From Deltaproteobacteria bacterium (GTDB lineage: Bacteria; Desulfobacterota; GWC2-55-46; UBA9637), in assembly GCA_038042015.1 (NCBI GenBank), contig JBBTFC010000068.1, positions 3,851-55,692 of the forward strand: a DNA stretch of 51,842 nt, given 5' to 3'. Made by a program: the position numbers and the translations under genes. Below are positions 8,681 to 17,183 of this stretch, in pieces; position 1 is the first letter of the stretch; each line of letters begins with the position of its first letter. The notes beneath the pieces were generated by a model. It searched no databases. It had not been told where the DNA came from and was given only the letters and a program-made list of their open reading frames with translations.

Positions 8681-9286
8681 CTATTCCCCTTTTACCTCTT
8701 GGAAGCCCCTGTTCATAGCAGTAATATTTCCTTCTATAACCTTGGGGCTGAACTTCTTTGAATAGTTATCCTTGAAATTATCTATAAGCGCATCAAACAT
8801 AATAACATTCGTTACTTTTGCCAACGCGCCAAGCATCGGGGTATTAGGCATATTCCTGCCAATTGCCTCAAGAGATATCTTTGAAGCATCCAGGGTATAG
8901 ACCTTTACTCCCTTACTTTTAAGGCCAAGTTCTTTACGCATCTCGTCAGGCAACTTTGGCGTATTTACTATGAATACCGCATCATCAGTGGCGCCATCCG
9001 TAACACCGCCGGAAGACTCCATACCTCCGGAGAGAGCCATGCCTATCAATGTTGGATCAGCTATAAGCACATACTTTGGCTCTGTTACACGGCAGTGCAG
9101 CCTTATAGGCTCATCCGACACCCTGTTGTATGCTGCTACGGGCGCGCCCATCCTTTCAGGGCCAAATTCAGGAAAGGCCTGAACGTATTTGCCAGACCTT
9201 AAACAGGACTCCCCAACCATTTTGGCAGCAGTCACAATCCCCTGCTGCGCTCTTCCGTGCCACCTTATTTCAATGTAATCAGCCAT
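8681..9286 (-). CDS. porG: Pyruvate:ferredoxin oxidoreductase gamma subunit
   Basis: IEIRWHGRAQQGIVTAAKMVGE is the usual POR gamma N-terminus. The start is set at ATG 9286 (MADYIEIRWHG), not the longer ORF start at 9322. Confidence 0.85.
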   Translation of the reverse strand: MADYIEIRWHGRAQQGIVTAAKMVGESCLRSGKYVQAFPEFGPERMGAPVAAYNRVSDEPIRLHCRVTEPKYVLIADPTLIGMALSGGMESSGGVTDGATDDAVFIVNTPKLPDEMRKELGLKSKGVKVYTLDASKISLEAIGRNMPNTPMLGALAKVTNVIMFDALIDNFKDNYSKKFSPKVIEGNITAMNRGFQEVKGE

Positions 9287-9307
9287 AAGTCGCTCCGCTC
9301 CATTGCA

Positions 9308-9382
9308 AAATGTAAAGTGCAAATTTTAAATTGCAAAGTAAAAAACATTTTTCATTTTTCAATTTGCATTTTACAATTTAAT
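9308..9382. repeat. AT-rich word repeat (TGCAAA/TTTGCA words), family C copy 1
   Basis: aaatgtaaagtgcaaattttaaattgcaaag ... caatttgcattttacaattta lies in the recR-porG spacer. It shares the exact 14-mer gcaaattttaaatt (9319-9332) and the flanking aattgcaaa and ttacaattt words with 22005-22049. Confidence 0.75.
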
Positions 9383-9988
9383 TTACAACTCCCGTCTCCC
9401 TTCAATCGCCCTTATAAGTGTTGCGCCGTCTATATATTCAATATCGCTCCCAACAGGAACGCCTGTTGCAATCCTTGTAACCCTTACACCCATTGGTTTT
9501 AACAGCCTTGTTATATAAAGACTGGTGGCCTCTCCATCCATATCTGAATTTACGGCAAGAATTATTTCTTTTATCACACCCTGCCTTGCCCTGTCTACAA
9601 GTCCATTTATTTTTATATCATCCGGTCCTATACCCTTAAGCGGAGAAAGCGCGCCGTGGAGAACATGATACCTCCCCTTAAAACCGCCCATCTTCTCAAT
9701 AGCCGCCATATCTTTTACATCCTCTACCACACAGATCACATCATCTCTTCTTGAACTATCGCTGCATATCAAACATGGATCTTTATCAGCGAGACTAAAA
9801 CAGGAGGAGCAGAGCCTTATCTTTTCCTTTACATCAATAAGGCATCTTGCAAGGCCTTCAGCATATTCCTTGTTGGTATTAAGCACATAAAAGGCAAAAC
9901 GGGCAGCGGTTTTTTCTCCTACCCCCGGAAGCCTTGAAAGTTCTCTTATCAAGCAGGTTATCGGTTCGGCATAATATGTCATTAGCAT
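9383..9988 (-). CDS. recR: Recombination protein RecR
   Basis: It has the LPGVGEKTAARFAFYVL helix-hairpin-helix, a C4 zinc finger (CSSCFSLADKDPCLIC) and a Toprim domain. The start could instead be Met3 at 9982. Confidence 0.92.
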   Translation of the reverse strand: MLMTYYAEPITCLIRELSRLPGVGEKTAARFAFYVLNTNKEYAEGLARCLIDVKEKIRLCSSCFSLADKDPCLICSDSSRRDDVICVVEDVKDMAAIEKMGGFKGRYHVLHGALSPLKGIGPDDIKINGLVDRARQGVIKEIILAVNSDMDGEATSLYITRLLKPMGVRVTRIATGVPVGSDIEYIDGATLIRAIEGRREL

Positions 9989-10002
9989 TGTCCTTAAAGA
10001 TA

Positions 10003-10317
10003 CTAAAAAAGTCCGGGGATATTCAGGCCTGCTGTAACCTTCTCCATCTCTTCGCTCATCATCTCCTGAGACCTTTTTATTGCGCCATTTACTGCCGCTG
10101 CAATCAAGTCCTGAAGCATCTCCACGTCGTTCGGATTTATCACAGACGGGTCTATCCTGATAGAAATTATCTCCTGTCTTCCATTTATTGTAACATTAAC
10201 CATACCACCGCCTGACGCGAATTCTATGGTCTTATTTGCAAGCTCCTTCTGGATATCCGCCATCTTCTCCTGCATCACCTTGGCCTGCTTTAAGATATTC
10301 CCCATGCCTTTATACAT
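10003..10317 (-). CDS. ybaB: YbaB/EbfC nucleoid-associated protein
   Basis: 104 aa. MGNILKQAKVMQEKM and the GGGMVNVTINGRQE core are present. It sits in the conserved dnaX-ybaB-recR arrangement. Confidence 0.9.
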   Translation of the reverse strand: MYKGMGNILKQAKVMQEKMADIQKELANKTIEFASGGGMVNVTINGRQEIISIRIDPSVINPNDVEMLQDLIAAAVNGAIKRSQEMMSEEMEKVTAGLNIPGLF

Positions 10318-11872
10318 TTGCCCTCCTGCGGTCTTCTGCTATCCTGCCTCCCAAAACCTTAACAGCCTCCTTTATAATATTATCTCCTTCCTTTGGTTTT
10401 AAAGAAACGGCAGCATTCTCATATGCCTTTATGTCTATCATTACTTCTTTGCCAAAAAATTCATTACAGAGTTCTTCTAATATTTTTTTATTTTCAGAGA
10501 GATATATAAAATACGGCCCTGTCTTTACACTCATATAAATAGCGCCTTCATCCATGGAAATAAGATTTGCAAGCTCAAGGTGTGAAGCCAGCGGAGGTTT
10601 TTTCTTTTTTATAAAATCCAGAAGGACAGGCCACTGACTGCCTGAAAATCCTTGTGCCCTGTGTCCCGTATCCTGCGTCTTGTCTCCTGCGCCCTGCTCG
10701 GCTATCTTATTATTACTAATTACTGTGTCCCCGCATCCCTTCAACTCCTCCAGCCTGTTAAGCATGGCGCCTATTGATTGAAGATTTTCAAGATGAATAA
10801 TCTTAAGAAGGGCCATCTCTAATGCGTATCTTGGGGACTGAGACCTTGAGATATCCTCATATCCCTTGCTCAAAAATGTAAACATCATTTGAAGGTCTAA
10901 AACACCAACCCTGCCAGCCAATCTTTTTAAATCCACTATCTCCACATCAGGAAGATCCAGAACATCCTCGGGTTTTTCAACTGTCTTTACAATAAACATA
11001 TCCCTTATATGCTCCAGAAAATCCTGACAGAATTTTTTTACATCATAACCAAAATCATATACCTTTTCAATAAGTTTTAAACAGTCCCTGCCGTTTTTAT
11101 CAATTACAGCCTCAGATAATTGGAAAAGAAGCGCCCTGTCCATGAGCCCGAGGGCATCCACAACATCCATTTCCTTTATGTCGTTACCTGCGAATGCTAT
11201 TACCTGGTCAAGCAGGCTGTGGGCGTCTCTCAGGCTGCCGTCTACTTCCCTTGCTATTAGATAAATAGCTTTATCGGCAAGTTTTACGCCCTCTGTCTCT
11301 GCAACAAGCTTAATATGATTCTGAATCTCCTTCAAAGATATGCGCTTAAAATCAAACCGCTGGCACCGCGAAAGTATAGTGGCCGGTATCTTATGGGATT
11401 CTGTCGTTGCAAAGATAAAGATGGCGTGAGCAGGAGGCTCCTCTAGTGTTTTTAATAAAGCATTGAATGCCTGAGTGGAAAGCATGTGAACTTCATCTAT
11501 TATATAAACCCTGTATCTGCCGTGCGATGGAAGATATTTGATATTTTCTCTAATCTCTCTTACATTATCAACACCGGTATTAGACGCCCCGTCTATCTCA
11601 ATCACATCCACTGAAATGTTATTGGCAATCTCTTTGCAGGACATGCACTCATTGCAGGGTGACGGTGTTGGACCGTTTGCGCAATTCAGCGCCTTTGCCA
11701 GAATCCTGGCTATCGTTGTCTTGCCTACGCCCCTGGGCCCTGAAAAAAGATAGGCATGGGCAATCCTTTTTGCAATAATAGCATTCTTGAGCGTTGTGGT
11801 AACATGAGCCTGACCCACCACATTCTCAAAAACGGCAGGCCGCCACTTCCTTGCTAAAACTAAATATGACAT
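10310..11872 (-). CDS. dnaX: DNA polymerase III subunit gamma/tau
   Basis: 520 aa with Walker A GPRGVGKTT, a Zn module (CNECMSC), DEVHML and the sensor ILSRCQRFDF. Confidence 0.93.
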   Translation of the reverse strand: MSYLVLARKWRPAVFENVVGQAHVTTTLKNAIIAKRIAHAYLFSGPRGVGKTTIARILAKALNCANGPTPSPCNECMSCKEIANNISVDVIEIDGASNTGVDNVREIRENIKYLPSHGRYRVYIIDEVHMLSTQAFNALLKTLEEPPAHAIFIFATTESHKIPATILSRCQRFDFKRISLKEIQNHIKLVAETEGVKLADKAIYLIAREVDGSLRDAHSLLDQVIAFAGNDIKEMDVVDALGLMDRALLFQLSEAVIDKNGRDCLKLIEKVYDFGYDVKKFCQDFLEHIRDMFIVKTVEKPEDVLDLPDVEIVDLKRLAGRVGVLDLQMMFTFLSKGYEDISRSQSPRYALEMALLKIIHLENLQSIGAMLNRLEELKGCGDTVISNNKIAEQGAGDKTQDTGHRAQGFSGSQWPVLLDFIKKKKPPLASHLELANLISMDEGAIYMSVKTGPYFIYLSENKKILEELCNEFFGKEVMIDIKAYENAAVSLKPKEGDNIIKEAVKVLGGRIAEDRRRANV

Positions 11873-11925
11873 ATTTTATAGTTTAATTTGAGTTTTGAGA
11901 TTCAAAATCTTTTATAGCCACTACT

Positions 11926-12027
11926 GATAGCTAGGCGCCCCTGCGGCACATAGAATATGTTACTACCGTTGCTTCCTTCCGGATCTGGCGGGGTTTGTAA
12001 CCTTCTATTGCGCAAGACCCAGCTATC
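11926..12027 (-). ncRNA. ffs: Signal recognition particle RNA, small (4.5S-type)
   Basis: The reverse complement reads GAUAGCUGGGUCUUGCG...CCAGAUCCGGAAGGAAGCAACGG...CGCAGGGGCGCCUAGCUAUC. It carries the conserved domain IV motif (GGAA tetraloop followed by GGAAGCA) and a closing terminal helix GAUAGCU/AGCUAUC. It lies immediately upstream of dnaX, the classic ffs-dnaX synteny. Confidence 0.85.
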
Positions 12028-12094
12028 AATACTAACTACAAAAATACAGTTTAGCTCATGGCTGATAGCTCATAGCAACTACTATGAACTAAAT

Positions 12095-12187
12095 TGGCGG
12101 AGAGAGAGGGATTTGAACCCTCGGTACACCTTTTGGATGCACACACGATTTCCAGTCGTGCTCCTTCGGCCGCTCGGACATCTCTCC
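12095..12187 (-). tRNA. tRNA-Ser(GGA)
   Basis: The reverse complement is GGAGAGAUGUCCGAGCGG...CACGA-CUGGAAA-UCGUG...long variable arm...GGUUCAAAUCCCUCUCUCUCCGCCA. It has a 7-bp acceptor stem, anticodon GGA and an encoded CCA. Confidence 0.9.
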
Positions 12188-12196
12188 ATTAAATAC

Positions 12197-12270
12197 AGTG
12201 ATCAGTGCGCAGTGGTCAGTGTTCAGTAAAAGCTAACCACTAACCACTATCCACTGATCACTGACCACTG
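12197..12270. repeat. Word-built long hairpin (CAGTG/CACTG words), family B copy 1
   Basis: The left arm is cagtgatcagtgcgcagtggtcagtgttcagt. The right arm is aaccactaaccactatccactgatcactgaccactg, its approximate reverse complement. The element fills the spacer between the two tRNA-Ser genes. Confidence 0.8.
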
Positions 12271-12276
12271 TCCAAA

Positions 12277-12366
12277 TGGCGGAGAGAGAGGGATTTGAAC
12301 CCCCGGTAGAGTTGCCCCTACAGTTGATTTCGAGTCAACCGCCTTCAGCCTCTCGGCCATCTCTCC
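12277..12366 (-). tRNA. tRNA-Ser(CGA)
   Basis: The reverse complement is GGAGAGAUGGCCGAGAGG...GUUGA-CUCGAAA-UCAAC...long variable arm...GGUUCAAAUCCCUCUCUCUCCGCCA. Anticodon CGA, encoded CCA. Confidence 0.9.
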
Positions 12367-12497
12367 ATCAACTACAGTGAAAAGTCAGCCTGTAATTTCT
12401 ATCATGCTTTTATTTTAAAGTCAAACTTTTGATTGAACTGATTGGACTTTTTGATTGGAAGAGGTTTAAAGAAAAAGATTATATCAGGATGGGTTTT

Positions 12498-13490
12498 TTA
12501 TTCCAATATTTCTACAAAAGACATAAGTATCTCTCTATCCCAATACCCCTTTCCTGCCTCCAGCTTCATGACTTCCAAGGTCACCTCCTGAGGCATTCCT
12601 CGTCTGTACGGGCGGACAGATGTTAAGGCGTCATATATATCTGCAATCCCTATTATCCTTGCCCCCAACGGTATATTATCTCCTGTAAGACCGTCTGGAT
12701 AGCCTGTTCCATTGAACCTCTCGTGATGGTTGCGGATTATAGGAAGTAAGGGTTTGGCAAATTTAAGAGGGCTGCATATCTTTTCCCCAACCACAGGGTG
12801 TTGTTTTACATGTTCATATTCTATGGCATTTAATGCGCCAGCTTTATGTAGAATACCCTTGTCAGTCGCTACTTTCCCAATATCATGCAAAAGCCCTGCA
12901 TCCCTTATATTACCCTGCTCCTGCTGCGAAAGACCTAAGAAGCCTGCCAGCTTGCCTGCCATCTCAGAAACCCGGCGAGAATGTCCGTGGGTATAGGGGT
13001 CATTAAATTCCAGGGCTATTGCAAGGCTGAATATCACATTTCTTGCATCTTCCAGCTCTCCGAGAAGATTCTTAACCCGTACAAGAGATTTAACCCTTGC
13101 CAGAAGCTCAGGCTTCTGAAATGGTTTAGAAATAAAATCATCTGCCCCTGCCTCAATCCCCTTAATTTTATCATCTATACCAGACAATGCGGTAAGCATT
13201 ATTATCGGAATAAATCGGGTTGTCATCTTCTCTTTTAATCTTTTACATACCTCATAGCCATCCATCCGCGGCATCATTATATCCAGGAGGATTACATGCG
13301 GGAACACCTCTTCGGCCATCTTAAGGGCATCCTCACCATTGTAAGCCTTAAATATATTATACCCCATGGACGATAAAAGGGCATCAAGAAGCTCTACATT
13401 CCTGTAGTTATCATCCACCACCAGAATATTTACCTGAGCATCTTCCATCTTGCCATTGATTTGCTCTATACTCTTTACAGCCAAAGACAT
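12498..13490 (-). CDS. Response regulator with HD-GYP output domain (c-di-GMP phosphodiesterase type)
   Basis: The receiver domain shows ILVVDDN, LLDIMMPRMDG and the conserved K in FISKP. The HD-GYP domain shows HDIGKV and HHERFNGTGYP. The start is placed at ATG 13490 (AAGGAG 5-6 nt upstream). The ORF-track start at 13505 is the alternative. Confidence 0.85.
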   Translation of the reverse strand: MSLAVKSIEQINGKMEDAQVNILVVDDNYRNVELLDALLSSMGYNIFKAYNGEDALKMAEEVFPHVILLDIMMPRMDGYEVCKRLKEKMTTRFIPIIMLTALSGIDDKIKGIEAGADDFISKPFQKPELLARVKSLVRVKNLLGELEDARNVIFSLAIALEFNDPYTHGHSRRVSEMAGKLAGFLGLSQQEQGNIRDAGLLHDIGKVATDKGILHKAGALNAIEYEHVKQHPVVGEKICSPLKFAKPLLPIIRNHHERFNGTGYPDGLTGDNIPLGARIIGIADIYDALTSVRPYRRGMPQEVTLEVMKLEAGKGYWDREILMSFVEILE

Positions 13491-13514
13491 ATCATCTCCT
13501 TTCATCCGCCTTTT

Positions 13515-14174
13515 TTAAGGTGTAGTTTCTTTTTTAGCAGGGAAAGATATCGGAGGAAGCAATATATCATATCTTGCATGTTTATAAGAATTAAATGAGG
13601 TAAAATTAGCAAAAACCCAGCCATTTGCCACGCTCTTGCCCCCTTCTAAAAGCTCCACAAGCACAGCAGGATTCATAGGTTCATTTGATTGGGAGCTCAC
13701 ATAAGTATCATACATTGTGTAATGCGGCAAAAACACAAGAATCTTTATAGCAAATTTAGTGCCCTTCATAGGTGTCTCTTTGCCTACATTCACACTAATT
13801 AACTCCTCTGTCTTTTTCTCCTTATCAACCCATTTCAAATTAATGGTCTTCCACTTTACCTTGACATCATCAGGCACCCTAACCTCTCTTTTTACCCCAC
13901 CGGATGATAGATGACCAACTGCAGATTTATTTATATCGCCACTCCCTTTCTGGCCTATATCGTCTGCAATATCCTTGCCGCTAACTATAGATTGCTCCTG
14001 GCCGCCGCCTATGGGTGGATGCCCTTCAGGAGGCTTTGCCTCTCCAATTTCTGCCTTAACCTCTTTCTTTTCCTCAACATTACCTGTTTCTTTTTTTTCC
14101 TCTTGCTTGCTGCAGGAAAAAATAAGTCCAGCCAGCAAAAATAGCATTACCACCCTGCCAACATATCGTCTCAT
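13515..14174 (-). CDS. Lipoprotein of unknown function
   Basis: MRRYVGRVVMLFLLAGLIFSC is a lipobox signal peptide, followed by a K/E/G-rich linker and a beta-rich C-terminal domain. The start is at ATG 14174, with GGAGG 10 nt upstream. Confidence 0.6.
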   Translation of the reverse strand: MRRYVGRVVMLFLLAGLIFSCSKQEEKKETGNVEEKKEVKAEIGEAKPPEGHPPIGGGQEQSIVSGKDIADDIGQKGSGDINKSAVGHLSSGGVKREVRVPDDVKVKWKTINLKWVDKEKKTEELISVNVGKETPMKGTKFAIKILVFLPHYTMYDTYVSSQSNEPMNPAVLVELLEGGKSVANGWVFANFTSFNSYKHARYDILLPPISFPAKKETTP

Positions 14175-14264
14175 CTTAAAATAGCCTCCATATTTATGCA
14201 AAACCAGATTCTTATGAAAATTATACCATATTTTAAAAATATTTCAATAATAATTCCGCAACTC

Positions 14265-14969
14265 TTATTTTATTCCGAAAGTCTTTTTTGGGGAGCGATG
14301 GCACCTTTGGCAATTTTCAAACCCCTTCATCTGAAATGATACCTTGCCATGACATCTGCCGCAGAATTTCCCACTCCAGTTATCATACATGCTAAACTGG
14401 TTAGCGCCTCTTTTGGCTATAAATATGCCCGGGTGGCAAATCTTGCAGGAAAGCCAGAAATTATGCGCCTTATGCGGAAATATTACATTTGCCATAAGCC
14501 TGTCATTTATTTCAAAGAGGATATCCTCATCAAAGACTTCTGAGGCGGGCGCCTCTTCATTTGTAGATATAGACCCTCTGGGCTTTACTATCCCTTGTTT
14601 TGCAGTAGCAACCCAGTCAGGATAGCCAAACTTATCCTTCGGAAAACCCCTTATTGCGGGCGGAAGGTCTGAAAGCGGGCGGATAGCTGGAGATATCCAC
14701 GGGTCCCAGGTTACGGTAGGAGCTGGCCGTCCTTCTAACCTCTTTTTTATTTCCTCAGCAAATCCCGCCTTCACCTGCTCTTCTGCCTGTTCTTCTGCCC
14801 TTTTTTTCTCCTCTATTGCCTTAAAGGCTGCCTTTGTATCAAAGGCAGAGGATCCCCTTGGATAAACTGGTATTGTGTCTAAACCAGGGGTCTCACCCAC
14901 CTCCTTGATATCCTTTGTGCAACCGCAGATAAAAACTATCCCCAGTAAAACATAAAAAATAGACTTCAT
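14265..14969 (-). CDS. Lipoprotein with C-terminal c7-type triheme cytochrome module
   Basis: The lipobox is LGIVFICGC. The C-terminus FPHKAHNFWLSCKICHPGIF...FCGRCHGKVSF...CQRCH holds three CXXCH motifs in about 65 aa. It overlaps the NHL gene stop by 4 nt. Confidence 0.8.
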   Translation of the reverse strand: MKSIFYVLLGIVFICGCTKDIKEVGETPGLDTIPVYPRGSSAFDTKAAFKAIEEKKRAEEQAEEQVKAGFAEEIKKRLEGRPAPTVTWDPWISPAIRPLSDLPPAIRGFPKDKFGYPDWVATAKQGIVKPRGSISTNEEAPASEVFDEDILFEINDRLMANVIFPHKAHNFWLSCKICHPGIFIAKRGANQFSMYDNWSGKFCGRCHGKVSFQMKGFENCQRCHRSPKKTFGIK

Positions 14970-15904
14970 CCCTTTTCCTCTTGAAATACCTGTATCCTGT
15001 TGCCATCTATGGTATATATCCTTCCTTCCTTATCTATGAATATATATGAAGGATATGAAAGTTCCCCTTCTTTTACGCCAGGCCGTGATACGGCATGCTG
15101 AAAAACCCCTTTCTTATCAAAAACCAATATCCTGCCGGCATGCTGGTCCATTATGTATATAAGGCCGTTTTTATCCACTGCAAGGCTTGTAGGGAAGCGG
15201 AAGTTGTCTTTCTTATTTTCTCTGCTGCCAAATCTGGAAACAATACCTCCTTTATCGTCAAATATATAAACAACACCGGCAATTGCATCTATTGCATATA
15301 TCTCACCCTTATCATCCACCCTGACATCGGTAAATCCAAAAAAACCCTTATCTTTCACAGTAACTTCCCTTACAAATGCGCCTGTTTGTTCAACAATAAT
15401 AAGCCTTCTGTTTAACTTGTCAATAATATACAGCCTGTTGTCCGCATCTATCGCCATTCTGCCTGGCACAAACTGCTCCTTAGCTGAAGACACACCTGAG
15501 AGTGGAAATGATTTAACCACCTTCTTTTCAAGGTCAATAAATACTATCTCCCCTTTCCCCCTGTCCAGTATAAAAAAATGACCTTCCTTGTTTCTTACAA
15601 GGCTTGAGGGAAGCGTCATGGCCTCATTGGTTAATTCTGCCATGTATTTAAATTCCGAATCAAAAGAAACAAGCCTGCCATTCCCGCTGTCTGCTATATA
15701 GAGCCTTTTCTTAATCTCGTCAAAAAACAAACCGGATGGCTGTTTGAGCCTGCCCATAATCTCATCTCCGGTTATAACCGCAACAGTCCGTACCCCGCCT
15801 TTGTCCCCGGAAAATGCCGTGGTTGCAAAAGGCAAAATACAGAAAACAGAACACAGAAGAAATAATAAAAATTTTTGATTTTTGATTCCCATCTTATATC
15901 TCAT
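14966..15904 (-). CDS. NHL-repeat beta-propeller protein (secreted)
   Basis: It has a signal peptide and six repeats of the NHL kind (GRLVSFDSEF, GEIVFIDLEK, RRLIIVEQTG, GVVYIFDDKG, GRILVFDKKG, NRIQVFQ). Confidence 0.75.
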   Translation of the reverse strand: MRYKMGIKNQKFLLFLLCSVFCILPFATTAFSGDKGGVRTVAVITGDEIMGRLKQPSGLFFDEIKKRLYIADSGNGRLVSFDSEFKYMAELTNEAMTLPSSLVRNKEGHFFILDRGKGEIVFIDLEKKVVKSFPLSGVSSAKEQFVPGRMAIDADNRLYIIDKLNRRLIIVEQTGAFVREVTVKDKGFFGFTDVRVDDKGEIYAIDAIAGVVYIFDDKGGIVSRFGSRENKKDNFRFPTSLAVDKNGLIYIMDQHAGRILVFDKKGVFQHAVSRPGVKEGELSYPSYIFIDKEGRIYTIDGNRIQVFQEEKG

Positions 15905-15922
15905 AATCTTATCTCCCTAATT

Positions 15923-17155
15923 CTACATCTGATGGCATTGCTCGCATAATTCCCTGTCCTTCTCAAATCTCAGTACGGCCTTTTCAGGAGAACCCATAGG
16001 ATTGTGGCAGGTGCTGCAATTCATCGGCGTCTTGGAACGAGGGTCTATTATCTTTTCTCCGATTGGGTGCGTAAATTTACCTTGTGTAGAGTGACAGTTT
16101 TCCATTGCGCAGGTATCGTTGCCCTTTGTAAGAAAGAATTGGCTGTTTGAGCCATGTGATGTATGGCAATCCGAGCAAATGCCAAGCTTCGGATGTTTAT
16201 GATTGCTCTTTGCCACATATTCCTTTGTATCATTATGGCATTCATAACAAACCCTCGCCTCTTTATCTTTCAACAGATATTTCTCATCAGAGGCATGGGG
16301 ATTATGACAATTATTGCAAAGGTTGTCGGCTCCGCCTCCAATGAAGAAATGGCTATTTATTTTATTAAACCCGGCTAATACAGCCTCATGGCACTCTGTG
16401 CATAAACTGATACCGCTCTTTATAACAGATGCTGAACCAACAGGATGACAACTTGAGCATTTATTATCCTCAAACGGCTTATGCAGCGATGCCTTCATCA
16501 TGCCCTTTTTGTCGGAGGAATGCGGACTGTGGCAGCCAAGACAGTCGGTACCACTGACTTTATAACCCAGATGCGCCTTTGCAAATACCTCGCCGGTCCC
16601 GGGATGACAGCCTGCACAAAGGCTCTTTTTGTCCTTGATCAGCAAACCTTCCCTGTCCGATGAGTGCGGATTATGACAGACTATGCACCTCCCATTTTTA
16701 ACTTCAGGATGGACATTCTTCTTATTGATTATACTTTCCTTTGGATGACACGAAAAACACCCTTCCCCCCCTGCCTTCTTCAATAACCCCATTATATCTG
16801 ATGAATGCGCATCATGGCAGGAAAGACAATTTCCCTCTTCAACAGGCTTATGCACAACCTTACCCATGAAACCCTTTTTCTGGTCATGGCAGTTGTAGCA
16901 AAGGTCGCTGCCTGTGTATGATAAAAGGCCCGCATGCTTTGATGCATGAGGATTGTGGCACCATGTGCATTTACCATCTTTAACAGGTTGATGGACAGCT
17001 GCCTTATTAGTCAATTCCTCCGCTTTTTTTGAATGGCATTCAAGGCAAATTCCCCTGGTGTCTTTCACAGCCTTCGCATAAATTATCCCTGGCTGAAGGC
17101 CGAGAAAAATAACCAGACCAATTGTTAGCCATATTATATGTCCAGAGGACTTCAT
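15923..17155 (-). CDS. Multiheme cytochrome c, 16 heme-binding motifs
   Basis: It has an N-terminal signal/anchor helix. I counted 15 CXXCH motifs plus one CX4CH (CAMENCH, 16091-16111). The repeated unit C..CH.PH.S....L is the doubled-CXXCH type. Confidence 0.9.
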   Translation of the reverse strand: MKSSGHIIWLTIGLVIFLGLQPGIIYAKAVKDTRGICLECHSKKAEELTNKAAVHQPVKDGKCTWCHNPHASKHAGLLSYTGSDLCYNCHDQKKGFMGKVVHKPVEEGNCLSCHDAHSSDIMGLLKKAGGEGCFSCHPKESIINKKNVHPEVKNGRCIVCHNPHSSDREGLLIKDKKSLCAGCHPGTGEVFAKAHLGYKVSGTDCLGCHSPHSSDKKGMMKASLHKPFEDNKCSSCHPVGSASVIKSGISLCTECHEAVLAGFNKINSHFFIGGGADNLCNNCHNPHASDEKYLLKDKEARVCYECHNDTKEYVAKSNHKHPKLGICSDCHTSHGSNSQFFLTKGNDTCAMENCHSTQGKFTHPIGEKIIDPRSKTPMNCSTCHNPMGSPEKAVLRFEKDRELCEQCHQM

Positions 17156-17183
17156 TTCTTACATCGCTCCTTATATATAATTG

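Noticed and set aside
16048-16977. Minus-strand ORFs 16048-16245 and 16792-16977 inside the 16-heme gene
   Set aside because: They are alternative frames of the same strand within a gene whose main frame carries 16 regularly spaced heme motifs. They have no independent signals.
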